From positions 1,247 through 65,246 of the forward strand of contig JBAXTN010000009.1 of the NCBI GenBank assembly GCA_037130175.1: a stretch of 64,000 bases of DNA, in the 5' to 3' direction. This document shows positions 8,804-21,087 of the stretch, piece by piece (the stretch's first letter is position 1; every line of letters starts with the position of its first letter). The stretch comes from a bacterium. GTDB lineage: Bacteria; Verrucomicrobiota; Verrucomicrobiia; Chthoniobacterales; UBA6821. Under the pieces are notes generated by a model. That model had not been told where the DNA came from and ran no database searches. It was given only the letters and a program-made list of their open reading frames with translations. A program made the position numbers and the translations under genes.

Positions 8804-9699
8804 CACTTTTTCTCTCTGATCGGCATGACGAGCTGCGGAGGATTATTGAGCGGAACAAAGACACGGTCTGCACCCTTAATGTTCTCCGCCTGGAGATATT
8901 GGATATAGAGGGGGTTAAGCACGGAGGTAATCACGGAGATTGCTTTGGCTTGTTCGATGGCTTGCGCCGAGGCTCGCGCTCCAGCGGCTTCGCCATTTTT
9001 ACGCTCGATAAGAACATTTTTTTCAGCGATTTGCTCCTCAACAGCTTTTTGTTCCAGTGTCTGATTCAGGGCGACCTTGCCTGCAATGGCCACGATGACT
9101 TGCTGTGGGGGGGATGCATTTCCCATGACGACGGACATGACTTCAAAGGGGGTGTTTTTCAGGAGATCCCGAACCTGTTTTTCAATTTCGTGAGAAATCT
9201 GGGGAAGGAATTCATTGACATCTAGGCCGTTGTACTGAGCTACCACTGAACGCGTGATGGTACGGAAGGGTTCGCAAATAAATTGAGTATAGGCCTGTTT
9301 GGCGATCCGGTCGGGATCGCCCGTATTTTCCCAACCTCCGAATTCCTCCATGAAGCGGCGCACCGATATTTCATCGGGTTTGAGCCTCCAAACGATATGA
9401 GCTTGACTGGACAGTGGGAGTTTATCCTTGGCGAGGATAGATCTGTCTGCGTCAAACGCCTCCGAATAGGTAAAAGGTGTGATCGAGACCGCTTGTCCGA
9501 AAAGCCGCCAGCGAAGTCCCGTGGAGGCTGGCCCGAAAATTACCTGCTTGAACTCCCCTCTCCCGAAGATCGGCTTGGAATAGATGTAGCTGGCATATCC
9601 GGCGGTCACGCGGACATTGGAGAGATTGGGGGTGAGGAAAAAGAGGGTGAATGCTGCAATGGCTGCAATGGCTACAATGGGAAGGGGTGCTTTCTGCAT
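8803..9699 (-). CDS. SPFH/band-7 (prohibitin-like) membrane protein
   Basis: N-terminal TM segment (PIVAIAAIAAFTLFFL), an SPFH-like core, and a C-terminal Ala/Glu/Gln-rich helix (LEQKAVEEQIAEKNVLIERKNGEAAGARASAQAIEQAKA). Confidence 0.8.
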   Translation of the reverse strand: MQKAPLPIVAIAAIAAFTLFFLTPNLSNVRVTAGYASYIYSKPIFGRGEFKQVIFGPASTGLRWRLFGQAVSITPFTYSEAFDADRSILAKDKLPLSSQAHIVWRLKPDEISVRRFMEEFGGWENTGDPDRIAKQAYTQFICEPFRTITRSVVAQYNGLDVNEFLPQISHEIEKQVRDLLKNTPFEVMSVVMGNASPPQQVIVAIAGKVALNQTLEQKAVEEQIAEKNVLIERKNGEAAGARASAQAIEQAKAISVITSVLNPLYIQYLQAENIKGADRVFVPLNNPPQLVMPIREKK

Positions 9700-9805
9700 G
9701 GGAAATCAGTGTCCCAGAAATGTTTTATAATCAAGTGTCATCAGCGACCTGTCCGTCTGGAAAAATGGTATCGCTCCATTTTCTCCACCTGATACTGAGA
9801 GAGGC

Positions 9806-10909
9806 ATGAATAAGTTTCGTTTGCTGTTTCTTCTGGGGCTCTTCTGCTGTTGTTGGCATTCTTCAGTCCTTGCTGAATCTCCGACAACTTCTCCGTCAGC
9901 GACTGTTAGAAGGCTGAAAGTTGCCGTCTATGACCGCCCTCCCTACTCATTCAAGGACCAGGATGGTGCATGGAGCGGTCTGAGTATCGATCTCTGGGAA
10001 AAAATTGCCGGACAACTAGGCGTCGCCTATGATTATGTCGAAGTGCCGCTTCCCGAGATCTATCAAAAACTTCATGATGGCATCTGTGATCTTACCCCGG
10101 TTAGTGCCATTTCCAGTGAAAGGACTAAGGATGTTGAATTCACGCAACCATATCTCTTCAGTCACGGGGCCGTGGTAACACTTCATAAGTCTTTTTTGGA
10201 GACGATGAAATCGCTCTGCTCCTATGTTTGGAATAAGGAAGTATTGCTGATACTTTTCATGATGAATCTAGGGATGGTAGCGTTCAGTTTTCTTTTGGTT
10301 CTTATCGAGAGGAAGTATCAACAGGGGCATTTTGGTGGCCCTTCTGCTGAAGGCTTTGGTTCCGCGCTCTGGTTCTCGGCAGTCACCATGACGACCGTGG
10401 GATACGGTGATAAGACCCCTCTTTCAGCAGCAGGTCGGATCATCACCTTCTTTTGGATGCTGGTCGGTGTACTGCTTATAGCACTCTTTACCGGCACGGT
10501 CGCATCTTCCATCACCACGGCACAGATCCAGAGCGGTCTGGTACGCTTTGATGATATCTCGCGTTTCCGTGTCGGATGCATGGAAGGATCCCGGATGGAT
10601 CTTCTCCTGGCAAACCGGGGAATTCCTGCCATTCGTTATCCGAATCCCGAGGCCGGGCTTGCCGGATTCGTATCTAAAAAAATCAATGCCTATGCTGGGG
10701 ATTCTGTTTCCTTAGAATACCTGATAACACACGATTTTCCGGGAAAATTCCGCATGTCGATCATACCCGACTCTGCGATGATGTTCGCTTTTGCTACACG
10801 ACCGAATCTGCCAGAGTTGGCTCATATCAACCATAATCTTCTTCAGATCACCCTAGCTCCAGATTGGAGGTCTAAGTTGGAGAGGTGGACCGGGCCACTC
10901 TCCTTCTAA
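9806..10909 (+). CDS. GluR0-like ligand-gated K+ channel (periplasmic binding domain split by a 2-TM pore)
   Basis: Signal peptide, then SBP type-3 lobe 1 (ISSERTKDVEFTQPY), M1, a P-loop with the K+ filter TMTTVGYGD, M2, then SBP lobe 2. Confidence 0.85.
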   Translation: MNKFRLLFLLGLFCCCWHSSVLAESPTTSPSATVRRLKVAVYDRPPYSFKDQDGAWSGLSIDLWEKIAGQLGVAYDYVEVPLPEIYQKLHDGICDLTPVSAISSERTKDVEFTQPYLFSHGAVVTLHKSFLETMKSLCSYVWNKEVLLILFMMNLGMVAFSFLLVLIERKYQQGHFGGPSAEGFGSALWFSAVTMTTVGYGDKTPLSAAGRIITFFWMLVGVLLIALFTGTVASSITTAQIQSGLVRFDDISRFRVGCMEGSRMDLLLANRGIPAIRYPNPEAGLAGFVSKKINAYAGDSVSLEYLITHDFPGKFRMSIIPDSAMMFAFATRPNLPELAHINHNLLQITLAPDWRSKLERWTGPLSF

Positions 10910-13206
10910 AATTTCTTCTGCTGGGCCATGGAAAACCAGTCCCCTCCACCGGTGCCAGGTTTTCCGGAGTCCTTCCGCAAGTAGCGGCTCATGTCGCCGT
11001 TGCCCCGATCAGAACCGGAGGCGCCTTTGGGTTGGCGGGGTGTGAGATCGACTTTTGTTTTGAGTGAGAGAGCAATGCGTTTGCGTGAAAGATCCACTTC
11101 CATGACGGTTGCCTGCACACGCTGTCCGACTTTCAGAAAATCGGCTGGATTCTTCACGAACTCATCGCTGATTTGGCTGACATGAACAAGCCCGTCCTGA
11201 TGTACCCCTATATCCACGAAGGCACCGAATGCGGTGACATTGGTCACAATTCCGGGGAGTTTTAGGCCTGGTTGAAGATCTTCCATTTTCTCAACCCCTT
11301 CGGCAAAACTGAAGGCCTCAAACTGCTCGCGTGGATCGCGTCCCGGTTTGGCAAGTTCGGCCACAATGTCCTTGAGCGTTGGCAATCCGACTTCTGGAGT
11401 GACATAAGTATCAAGCTTGATCGCGGTACGCTTTGCAGAGTCTTTGAGCAAGTCCGAGACAGTGCAGCCAAGATCGGAGGCCATGCGATCCACGATGGCG
11501 TAGCGTTCAGGATGGACGGCGCTTGCATCCAGTGGATGGGCACCACCGCGGATGCGTAGAAATCCGGCAGCTTGTTCAAAGGCTTTCGGCCCAAGGCCTG
11601 CGACTTTGAGTAGTTCGGCGCGCGACTTGAATGGGCCGCTGGTATCGCGATGGGCGACGAGGCTTGCCGCGGTGCGGGAGTTCAACCCTGAGACATAGGA
11701 GAGGAGATGACGGGAGGCAGTATTGAGTTCTACCCCGACACGGTTCACACAGGAGACGATTATATCGTCCAGAGATCGCTTGAGAGCTGCCTGATCCACA
11801 TCGTGCTGGTATTGACCAACCCCAATGGACTTTGGATCGAGCTTTACCAACTCTGCCATGGGATCCATGAGGCGGCGTCCGATGGAGATGGCTCCCCGCA
11901 CGGTGAGATCGAGGTCGGGGAATTCCTCACGAGCCACTTCGCTCGCAGAGTAGATGGAGGCTCCGCTTTCGCTGACAACCACGATGGAAATGGAGGAGGG
12001 AAGCCCGAGTTTTTTGATGAAGGCTTCCGTTTCGCGTGATGCAGTGCCGTTGCCGATGGCGATAGCCTCGACCTTGTGAAGTCGCACCATGTTGAGAATC
12101 GCCTCGGCAGCTTCCAGTTCGTCGTTGCGTCCCTTTCCGGGATAGATGACTTCATTGGCGAGGAGTTTACCTTGACGGTCCAGAAGAACGACCTTGCAGC
12201 CGGTGCGGAAACCGGGATCGATGCCCAGGGTGATTTTTTGTCCCAGTGGAGAGGCGAGCAGCAGTTCGCGTAGGTTATCGGCAAAGACTCGGATTGCCTC
12301 CTCGTCCGCTTGTTTTTTGTAAAAGCCTCGAGCTTCCACTTCCATCGCAAATCCGAGGAGTCGCTTCAGGCAGTCATCACAAGCAAGACGGACCTGCTCA
12401 GAGGCACGGGAGTCGCCTTTGACAAAGAGCATGTAGAGACTGCCGAGGGCTTCATTCTCCGGCGGTGTCAGTCGGAAATAGAGGAATCCCTCCGTCTCGC
12501 CGCGCCTCATGGCTAGAATGCGGTGCGAAGGGGCGGTTGAGGCGGGTTCGCTCCAGTCGAAGTAATCTTTGAACTTGGCGCCTTCTTCTTCCTTGCCGGA
12601 GATGACGGTTGATTTGATGACTCCTTTGTTCAGATAGAGACCTCGAAGCTGTGCGCGAGCGACTGCATCGTCGTTGATTCTTTCGGCGATGATGTCGCGT
12701 GCTCCGGCCAGAACCTGAGGCACGGTTTCAACGCTGGATTTTTTGGCATCAACTTCAATGGAGTTGCCGACAAAGGGAGCCGCCTCCGCCTCGGGGTCGA
12801 TTGCCGGATCCTGCGTCCAGAGAAGATCAGCCAGGGGTTCCAGCCCCAGTTCTTTCGCAATGGTGGCTCGGGTGCGTTTGCGTGGTTTGAAGGGAAGGTA
12901 GATATCTTCCAGTGCAGCCAGCGTTTCAGCCATCCCGACTTTGACTTCCAGTTCGGCGGTTAGAAGTTTGCGATCTGCGAGTGAACCGATGATCGTCTCC
13001 CGGCGTTTATCGAGAGCTTCCAACTGCTCGATACGGTCGCGGATCGCGGTGATCTTCACCTCGTCGAGTTCACCGGTACGCTCCTTACGATAACGGGCGA
13101 TAAAAGGGACAGTCGCCCCTTCTTCAAGTAGCACAGCGGTTGCGGCAACCTGACGGGCGGTAACGCCAAGTTCCCGGGTGATTTGAAGGAGATGTTTTTC
13201 GATCAT
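10906..13206 (-). CDS. tex: Tex-like transcription accessory protein (YqgF/HhH/S1 domains)
   Basis: N-terminus GATVPFIARYRKERTGELDE and C-terminal S1 domain GIVTNVTAFGAFVDIGVHQDGLVHVSQISDEFV. Start set at the ATG at 13206 (MIEKHLLQI). Confidence 0.9.
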   Translation of the reverse strand: MIEKHLLQITRELGVTARQVAATAVLLEEGATVPFIARYRKERTGELDEVKITAIRDRIEQLEALDKRRETIIGSLADRKLLTAELEVKVGMAETLAALEDIYLPFKPRKRTRATIAKELGLEPLADLLWTQDPAIDPEAEAAPFVGNSIEVDAKKSSVETVPQVLAGARDIIAERINDDAVARAQLRGLYLNKGVIKSTVISGKEEEGAKFKDYFDWSEPASTAPSHRILAMRRGETEGFLYFRLTPPENEALGSLYMLFVKGDSRASEQVRLACDDCLKRLLGFAMEVEARGFYKKQADEEAIRVFADNLRELLLASPLGQKITLGIDPGFRTGCKVVLLDRQGKLLANEVIYPGKGRNDELEAAEAILNMVRLHKVEAIAIGNGTASRETEAFIKKLGLPSSISIVVVSESGASIYSASEVAREEFPDLDLTVRGAISIGRRLMDPMAELVKLDPKSIGVGQYQHDVDQAALKRSLDDIIVSCVNRVGVELNTASRHLLSYVSGLNSRTAASLVAHRDTSGPFKSRAELLKVAGLGPKAFEQAAGFLRIRGGAHPLDASAVHPERYAIVDRMASDLGCTVSDLLKDSAKRTAIKLDTYVTPEVGLPTLKDIVAELAKPGRDPREQFEAFSFAEGVEKMEDLQPGLKLPGIVTNVTAFGAFVDIGVHQDGLVHVSQISDEFVKNPADFLKVGQRVQATVMEVDLSRKRIALSLKTKVDLTPRQPKGASGSDRGNGDMSRYLRKDSGKPGTGGGDWFSMAQQKKF

Positions 13207-13267
13207 GAAAAATGGAAGTGGTGAGACTAAAGGTGACGGACAGGAGAGAAGCAGACCAACCGGGCAG

Positions 13268-13999
13268 CTAAGCAAGCGGCTTGGGCGCCGGATTAAAAAA
13301 CCGGAACCAATTCCCGCAGTTTTTTTTCATCGACTCGGCAAAGGAGAGGTAGTTTTCCGTGCGCTTTCCCCCGTGTGGAACCGCGGCAAGAAGTGCCTTA
13401 AGCGAAAGTTCCGGAAGCTCGTAGGCAGTCGAGCAGAGGCCGGCTGCGGAGGCATGGTGGGCATCGCTTGAGGAGGTGGCGGCGATACCTCGACGAGCAG
13501 CATACTCTGCGGCCTTTTCATTGAAGCTTTTCATCGTGACCGCGGCATTGAAGGTTTCCAGAGCATCCAAGGAGAGTTGATCAAGGACTTCTTCACGAAT
13601 CCCAGCACGGAATGAGTCGAAAGGATGGGGAGCGATGGCGATGCCACCGCGTTCGTGGATAGCTGCTACCACTTCGATGGCGGGAGATCCCTTCATGTCG
13701 GGGAGAGTGGTTCCCAGACAGAGTAGATGCCCGTCTGCCGTCGATATCTCGACCCCCGGTATGATCAAAAATCCGTTTACCGCCGCACCATCCTCACGGA
13801 TGAGACCCGCGAGCTGGAGATGCTTCACCGCATCACAGGTATTGTGATCGGTGACAGCAATTCCGCTGAGTCCGCGCTTCTTTGCAGCAGCGATCATCGC
13901 CTCGGGAGAGGCGCAACCATCCGAGGAGTAATAGGTATGAAGATGAAGATCGAAACAATGAAGCATGCGGGGCAATTCTTGCGGGCGAAGCGTGCTCAT
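13268..13999 (-). CDS. PHP-domain metal-dependent phosphoesterase
   Basis: Motifs DLHLHTYYSSDG, IAVTDHN and SSSDAHH. The start is ambiguous between the ATG at 13999 and the ATG at 13966. Confidence 0.75.
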   Translation of the reverse strand: MSTLRPQELPRMLHCFDLHLHTYYSSDGCASPEAMIAAAKKRGLSGIAVTDHNTCDAVKHLQLAGLIREDGAAVNGFLIIPGVEISTADGHLLCLGTTLPDMKGSPAIEVVAAIHERGGIAIAPHPFDSFRAGIREEVLDQLSLDALETFNAAVTMKSFNEKAAEYAARRGIAATSSSDAHHASAAGLCSTAYELPELSLKALLAAVPHGGKRTENYLSFAESMKKNCGNWFRFFNPAPKPLA

Positions 14000-14069
14000 G
14001 CCAAGCATCCAAACCCAATGGACTAAAATTACTTTGAGACAGGGACTGATAGGGAGTATTGGATCGGGT

Positions 14070-16303
<2,234 letters not shown>

Positions 16304-16364
16304 CAGCAAGGTCTGCACTTGTTAAGTGCGTCATCCCCCCAATCTCCCCCTTCACAAAATACCG

Positions 16365-17411
16365 ATGCAAAAAGATCTAGAACGGATGGTCGAATTTGAG
16401 TTCGTCCGTGCCACTGAAAATGCAGCCCTACACTCCATGCACTGGATGGGGAGGGGAGACAAGGAAGCGGCTGATGCCGCTGCCTGTGATGCGATTCAGG
16501 GAATGTTTGATCTCGTCGACATTCGCGGCGAGGTGGTGATCGGTGAGGGAATCAAGGATAACGCTCCGGGGATATTTCTTGGTGATAAGCTCGGACGATG
16601 GGGAAAGGATCACCCGCGTTTCGATATCGCCCTCGATCCCATTGACGGCACGAGCAACATCTCCAAGGGGATGCCCAATTCCATCTCGGTCATGGCAGCG
16701 GTGCTGGTCCCTGAGGATCGGGAGCGGAGCATGGTGAATATCCCAAGCTTTTATGTGGAGAAGCTTTCCTACGGCGGCCGCATTGCCCGCTGCATCCGTA
16801 GCGGCATGATTCCTCCAATCACCCTTGATCTCAAATTTGAAAGAACCCTTCAACTTGCTGCTGATGCACTTGGGAAGAGAATCGGCGAGCTTGTCGTCTG
16901 TGTTCTTGATCGTCCCCGCAACCAGATCTATGTCGAAGCCACCCGCAAGGTGGGTGCTTCCCTGCGCTTGATTGCCGATGGAGACATTACCGCGGCAGTT
17001 GCTCCTTCCCTGCATGATTCCGGTATTGACCTCTATGTCGGTCGTGGCGGGGCACCTGAAGGTATTTTGACTGCGGCTGCTCTTAAGGCTCTGGGAGGCG
17101 ATATTCTTCTGAGAATGTGGCCCCGGGATGAAGAGGAACGGACGGATCTGCTCAAGACTCATACACAGGAGGATCTTGATCGTGTCTATCACACCGATGA
17201 TCTCGTACATGGAGAAAATGCCATCTTCTGTGCCACAGGAATCAGTGATAGCCCGATGTTACCAGGGGTAAAATTAATCGGTAAAACAGCGATTACCCAC
17301 TCTATCGTGATGCGTTCCCGCAGTCGGACGGTTCGCTATATCAAGGCCGTACACGATTTAGAGACCAAGACGATCCATCTTCATAGCACTCACCGCGAAC
17401 AGGCACTCTGA
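16365..17411 (+). CDS. glpX: fructose-1,6-bisphosphatase class II
   Basis: [28 protein letters not shown] and LDPIDGT are typical GlpX motifs. Confidence 0.9.
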   Translation: MQKDLERMVEFEFVRATENAALHSMHWMGRGDKEAADAAACDAIQGMFDLVDIRGEVVIGEGIKDNAPGIFLGDKLGRWGKDHPRFDIALDPIDGTSNISKGMPNSISVMAAVLVPEDRERSMVNIPSFYVEKLSYGGRIARCIRSGMIPPITLDLKFERTLQLAADALGKRIGELVVCVLDRPRNQIYVEATRKVGASLRLIADGDITAAVAPSLHDSGIDLYVGRGGAPEGILTAAALKALGGDILLRMWPRDEEERTDLLKTHTQEDLDRVYHTDDLVHGENAIFCATGISDSPMLPGVKLIGKTAITHSIVMRSRSRTVRYIKAVHDLETKTIHLHSTHREQAL

Positions 17412-17481
17412 CGGGATTCTGATCCTCTGTTGCCGAATTCCAGAATTGCATTCCAACCCAACTCGATCCAAGACTTCAACC

Positions 17482-18441
17482 ATGAGCGTAAATCAACTTC
17501 AGGCCCTTAAGCAGTTCACTACCGTTGTCGCCGACACGGGTGATTTTGAATCCATCCGGAAATTCACACCGCAGGATGCCACAACGAATCCTTCGCTGAT
17601 TCTCAAGGCCGTTCTTCAACCGGAATACCGCACACTTCTCGACAAGGCAATCGCGGACAACAGCGGGTACTCACTGAGTGGCTCTGCCCTTCTTCACAAG
17701 ATCATTGATGACACGCTCATCCACTTTGGTCTTGAAATCCTCAAGATTGTTCCGGGTCGTGTGAGCACCGAAGTCGATGCACGCCTCTCCTTTGACACCG
17801 AGGGAACACTCAAAAAAGCCCGTTACCTGATCGGACTCTACGAGAAGGCCGGCATTGGCCGAGAACGCATCCTCATCAAAATCGCTTCCACATGGGAGGG
17901 TATTCGTGCCGCCGAGATCCTTCAAAAAGAGGGGATCAATTGCAACCTGACCCTCCTTTTTTCGCTAGTTCAGGCTGTCGCTTGCGCAGAGGGAGGAATT
18001 CGCCTCATTTCCCCTTTCGTGGGCAGAATCTACGATTACTACAAGACAAAGACCGGCAAGGAATATTTCGGTCTTGAGGATCCCGGTGTCCAGTCCGTCC
18101 ATGGGATCTACAACTACTTTAAGAAATTCGGTCATCACACCCAGGTCATGGGGGCCAGCTTCCGCAACACGGGAGAAATCGTTGCCCTCGCGGGATGCGA
18201 CCTGCTCACCATCAGTCCCGACCTCCTTGCCAAACTGGAAGAGTCGATGGAACCGTTGGCACGCGTCCTTGATCCTGTAAATGCCAACACGCTCGACATC
18301 AAGAAGGTTCCCGTTGATGAGAAGAGCTTCCGCTGGGCACTCAACGAGGATGCCATGGCTACCGACAAGTTAGCTGAGGGCATCCGCAAGTTCGGCGAGG
18401 ACATCGTCAAACTGGAAGACATTATTTCAAAGGCTTCCTAG
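17482..18441 (+). CDS. tal: transaldolase
   Basis: [27 protein letters not shown] and the active-site region [11 protein letters not shown]. Confidence 0.9.
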   Translation: MSVNQLQALKQFTTVVADTGDFESIRKFTPQDATTNPSLILKAVLQPEYRTLLDKAIADNSGYSLSGSALLHKIIDDTLIHFGLEILKIVPGRVSTEVDARLSFDTEGTLKKARYLIGLYEKAGIGRERILIKIASTWEGIRAAEILQKEGINCNLTLLFSLVQAVACAEGGIRLISPFVGRIYDYYKTKTGKEYFGLEDPGVQSVHGIYNYFKKFGHHTQVMGASFRNTGEIVALAGCDLLTISPDLLAKLEESMEPLARVLDPVNANTLDIKKVPVDEKSFRWALNEDAMATDKLAEGIRKFGEDIVKLEDIISKAS

Positions 18442-18465
18442 CCGATTAAGTCATAGATTACTTTA

Positions 18466-19134
18466 ATGAAACGCGCACCCTTCCTCCTCTTTGCAGTTCT
18501 CCTGCTGACCCTGCCGATGCTCTCGGCAAAAAATACCGACAGCCCCGCCTCCGTGCCTGTTCTGCTTGGTCTGGAACCGGTGCGCGCTGATTTGAAGCTT
18601 TCCTCACTTCAATGTGCCCTGCTGGACTCCCTTCGTTCCGAATACAAAAAGCGGGCCCATCAGATCACGGCCATCGGGATGGCCGATCAGGACGCCGCCC
18701 TGCGTGCAAACTGGGATCTTCAGGATCTCCGCAGGCAGTTTAACAGCCGAGCAATCGATGTCCTGAGCCCCTCCCAGCAGGATCGACTCCGTCAGATCGA
18801 GCGCCAGATGCTCGGTGGCACGCTCTTGACCTCCGTCTCTGAGCAGAAACTGCTTGGCCTTTCACCCCAGCAACAGGCTTCGCTTGCAGTGATCGAGAAG
18901 AACAATCAGTCCACTGCATCAGCGATCACCACGCAGTTTAATAATGGGAAGATTTCTAACTTCAGTAAGGATATCAATCTCCACCGCAACCAGCAGAATT
19001 CCTCGAAGAAGATGCTGGCCGTGCTGACTCCAAAACAGAAGAAGCAGTGGGAGATTCTCAGTGGACAGAAACTGGGATTGCCAAAAATTCACGATCCGAA
19101 CGCCAATTCCAAGAGCCTCTTCGAGGGATATTGA
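18466..19134 (+). CDS. secreted protein with four L-S/T-P-x-Q helical repeats (hypothetical)
   Basis: Signal peptide MKRAPFLLFAVLLLTLPMLSA. Repeats LSSLQCALLDSL, LSPSQQDRLRQI, LSPQQQASLAVI and LTPKQKKQWEIL. Confidence 0.6.
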   Translation: MKRAPFLLFAVLLLTLPMLSAKNTDSPASVPVLLGLEPVRADLKLSSLQCALLDSLRSEYKKRAHQITAIGMADQDAALRANWDLQDLRRQFNSRAIDVLSPSQQDRLRQIERQMLGGTLLTSVSEQKLLGLSPQQQASLAVIEKNNQSTASAITTQFNNGKISNFSKDINLHRNQQNSSKKMLAVLTPKQKKQWEILSGQKLGLPKIHDPNANSKSLFEGY

Positions 19135-19174
19135 GTTGGAAACGCCTTTTGCGTTCTGGTTGTCCACCAAGCCA

Positions 19175-19647
19175 TCAACGGTAGCGGATCACGAGATACC
19201 GCGCGTGGGCGTTGTATAGCGGAGTCGTGGTTGAATTGGCAGTGGCATTCCCATAGCCGTAGCCATAGGAATTACGGTTCCGGCAATTTCCGTTATTAGA
19301 CTGATATTGATTCCAGTTGGCGTTCTGGGTTGTGCTGTATCCGACGAATTCCCGTACATCGGACTGCTGAATCACCCCCTGGCCACCATGTTCTCTTGCC
19401 AGATTAGCGACTGTCGCGGCTCGCGGTCCCATGGTCCAAGGGCCGACGGGTCGGCTGTCGGTGATGACTCCTATCACTTCGAAGGGACGGTTGGGAGCTC
19501 CCTCCTGCCAGAGGTCGATCCCATGCAGCGACTGATAGGCCCCCCCCTGCCTTGCTGGATGCCGGTGCCGGAGTAGCTCAGGTAGTTAGTCGAGGAGCAG
19601 CCGCTTAAGACGATGAGCGCAATGATGAGAAAAAGCAGTGTTTTCAT
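19175..19647 (-). pseudogene. lipoprotein gene interrupted by a frameshift at a G8 homopolymer (pseudogene, phase-variable gene, or sequencing error)
   Basis: Two ORFs (19474-19647 and 19175-19477) join into one 157-aa lipoprotein if the G8 run (C8 on the + strand, 19540-19547) is read as G9. Lipobox LSGC. Confidence 0.55.
19540..19547. repeat. C8/G8 homopolymeric tract inside the lipoprotein gene
   Basis: Counted directly: c at 19540 plus ccccccc at 19541-19547. Confidence 0.95.
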
Positions 19648-19715
19648 GGGGTTAAAGAGAGATTGCCCCACGGTGTCTGTTTGTCAAACGCCCCTCATGC
19701 TGCTTTGCTCCTTAC

Positions 19716-20987
19716 ATGCGAAAATCTGGCTTAGTTCACCTGGTGCCGACCGGCATTCTCTTTCTGATCATTATGGGAGGCATGATGATGAGCGTTCTGG
19801 CCTTCGATATGTTTTCCCATCGGCAGGGAAACCGGCCTGAGATTTTTGAAGGAGGTGATCTCTCCGCAATCAAGAAAACATATCCCAGATCATCCCTCCT
19901 CCAGCAGGAGATGATGGATTTCTCTGACCGTTACACGATGGCGATCTGGCAGGCACTCGATGAATATCTCCGCACTGAGACCACCCCGCTGAAGCGCTCG
20001 GCTGCCGAGCAGTGGAAGGTTCTTTTTTCGGCTGCCTCCATGGAAATTGCTGCCGAACGGGAAACGGCAGCCAGCCTTCTCGATATGGCTGTTTTCATCA
20101 ATCTCTCAGACTGGGTGGTTCGGAACTACTGGGTGCCGGAGGTGTTCGGCCCTGCTGGGAAGCCGCTGATTGCAGCCCACCGGCAGATGAAGAAGGACAT
20201 GGATGCGATTCTCTCCGGCGCTCTCTCGCCGCTCAAAAGGGAGCAGCTCTCCTCGGCGATAGAAGCATGGAAAAAGGAGCATCCGAAATCCTGCTATGTC
20301 GCGGATATCAGATTGCGTGATCTGGCCACCGTGCGCGGGGCAAAAGATCAATGGAAGGGTGCTTTTCCTGTTCTGGGAGACCTGCGTCACGCTCTCGGAA
20401 GGGTCGATGATGCCTTCCAGTACGGAGAGAGGATGATGTTCTATATCGAGCGCCTCTCCCGCATTCTCACGATGCAGACTTCACTGACGATCGCACAGAC
20501 CGGTGCATCACCCTCGATCATCTCCCTCACACAGAGTGCTGATGCAGCTTCCTCGGCGCTTGAAAAGCTTCCCGGCACGCTCTCAGCCACACTTCAGACC
20601 AATGCTTCCACGATCCAGGGACTGCTTCCGGGACTTCAGACGACTCTGGCAGATACCAAGTCGCTGGCGGAATCACTGGAACGCATCCAAAAGGCGAGCA
20701 ATGAGCATCCGACCGATCAGCCTTGGACTCCCGACAAGACCACGGCGGCCTTGGGGCAGTTTGTGGATGCCTCCCGCGAACTCAATGGGACATTAAAACA
20801 ACTCAACTCTATGCTGACAGCCGATGAACAGGGGAAGATGCCCGCCCTGCAACTTGTCAACGAAACCCATGCCAAAACCAGGGCGACCATCGACGATATT
20901 TTTCAGAAATGCCTGATCCTTCTGGGCGTTCTGCTGGCAGGAATGGCGGGACTTATTGTCATCTTCCGTCGCCTTCCCAAGCGATAA
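19716..20987 (+). CDS. hypothetical membrane protein, TM helices at both ends, long helical middle
   Basis: N-terminal hydrophobic LVPTGILFLIIMGGMMMSVLAF and C-terminal CLILLGVLLAGMAGLIVIF. No motif recognised. Confidence 0.6.
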   Translation: MRKSGLVHLVPTGILFLIIMGGMMMSVLAFDMFSHRQGNRPEIFEGGDLSAIKKTYPRSSLLQQEMMDFSDRYTMAIWQALDEYLRTETTPLKRSAAEQWKVLFSAASMEIAAERETAASLLDMAVFINLSDWVVRNYWVPEVFGPAGKPLIAAHRQMKKDMDAILSGALSPLKREQLSSAIEAWKKEHPKSCYVADIRLRDLATVRGAKDQWKGAFPVLGDLRHALGRVDDAFQYGERMMFYIERLSRILTMQTSLTIAQTGASPSIISLTQSADAASSALEKLPGTLSATLQTNASTIQGLLPGLQTTLADTKSLAESLERIQKASNEHPTDQPWTPDKTTAALGQFVDASRELNGTLKQLNSMLTADEQGKMPALQLVNETHAKTRATIDDIFQKCLILLGVLLAGMAGLIVIFRRLPKR

Positions 20988-21087
20988 AAGAGAAGAACCT
21001 TACAATGAGGGATTAGCCGCTTTCCTCCTCTCTTTTTCTTGACAAAATAAAGTGGAATAATAATTCTTTATTTAACCCCTCTCGAAC

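Noticed and set aside
9726-9731. Perfect TATAAT hexamer 75 nt upstream of the GluR0-like gene as a promoter -10 box.
   Set aside because: There is no convincing -35 element at 16-18 nt spacing (the region reads AAATCA). A single hexamer match in an AT-rich spacer is not sufficient.
19474-19671. Treating 19474-19671 and 19175-19477 as two independent small genes.
   Set aside because: The upstream ORF would encode only a signal peptide plus about 35 residues. The downstream ORF has no independent start context. Adding a single base to the G8 tract joins them seamlessly, so one interrupted gene is the more economical reading.
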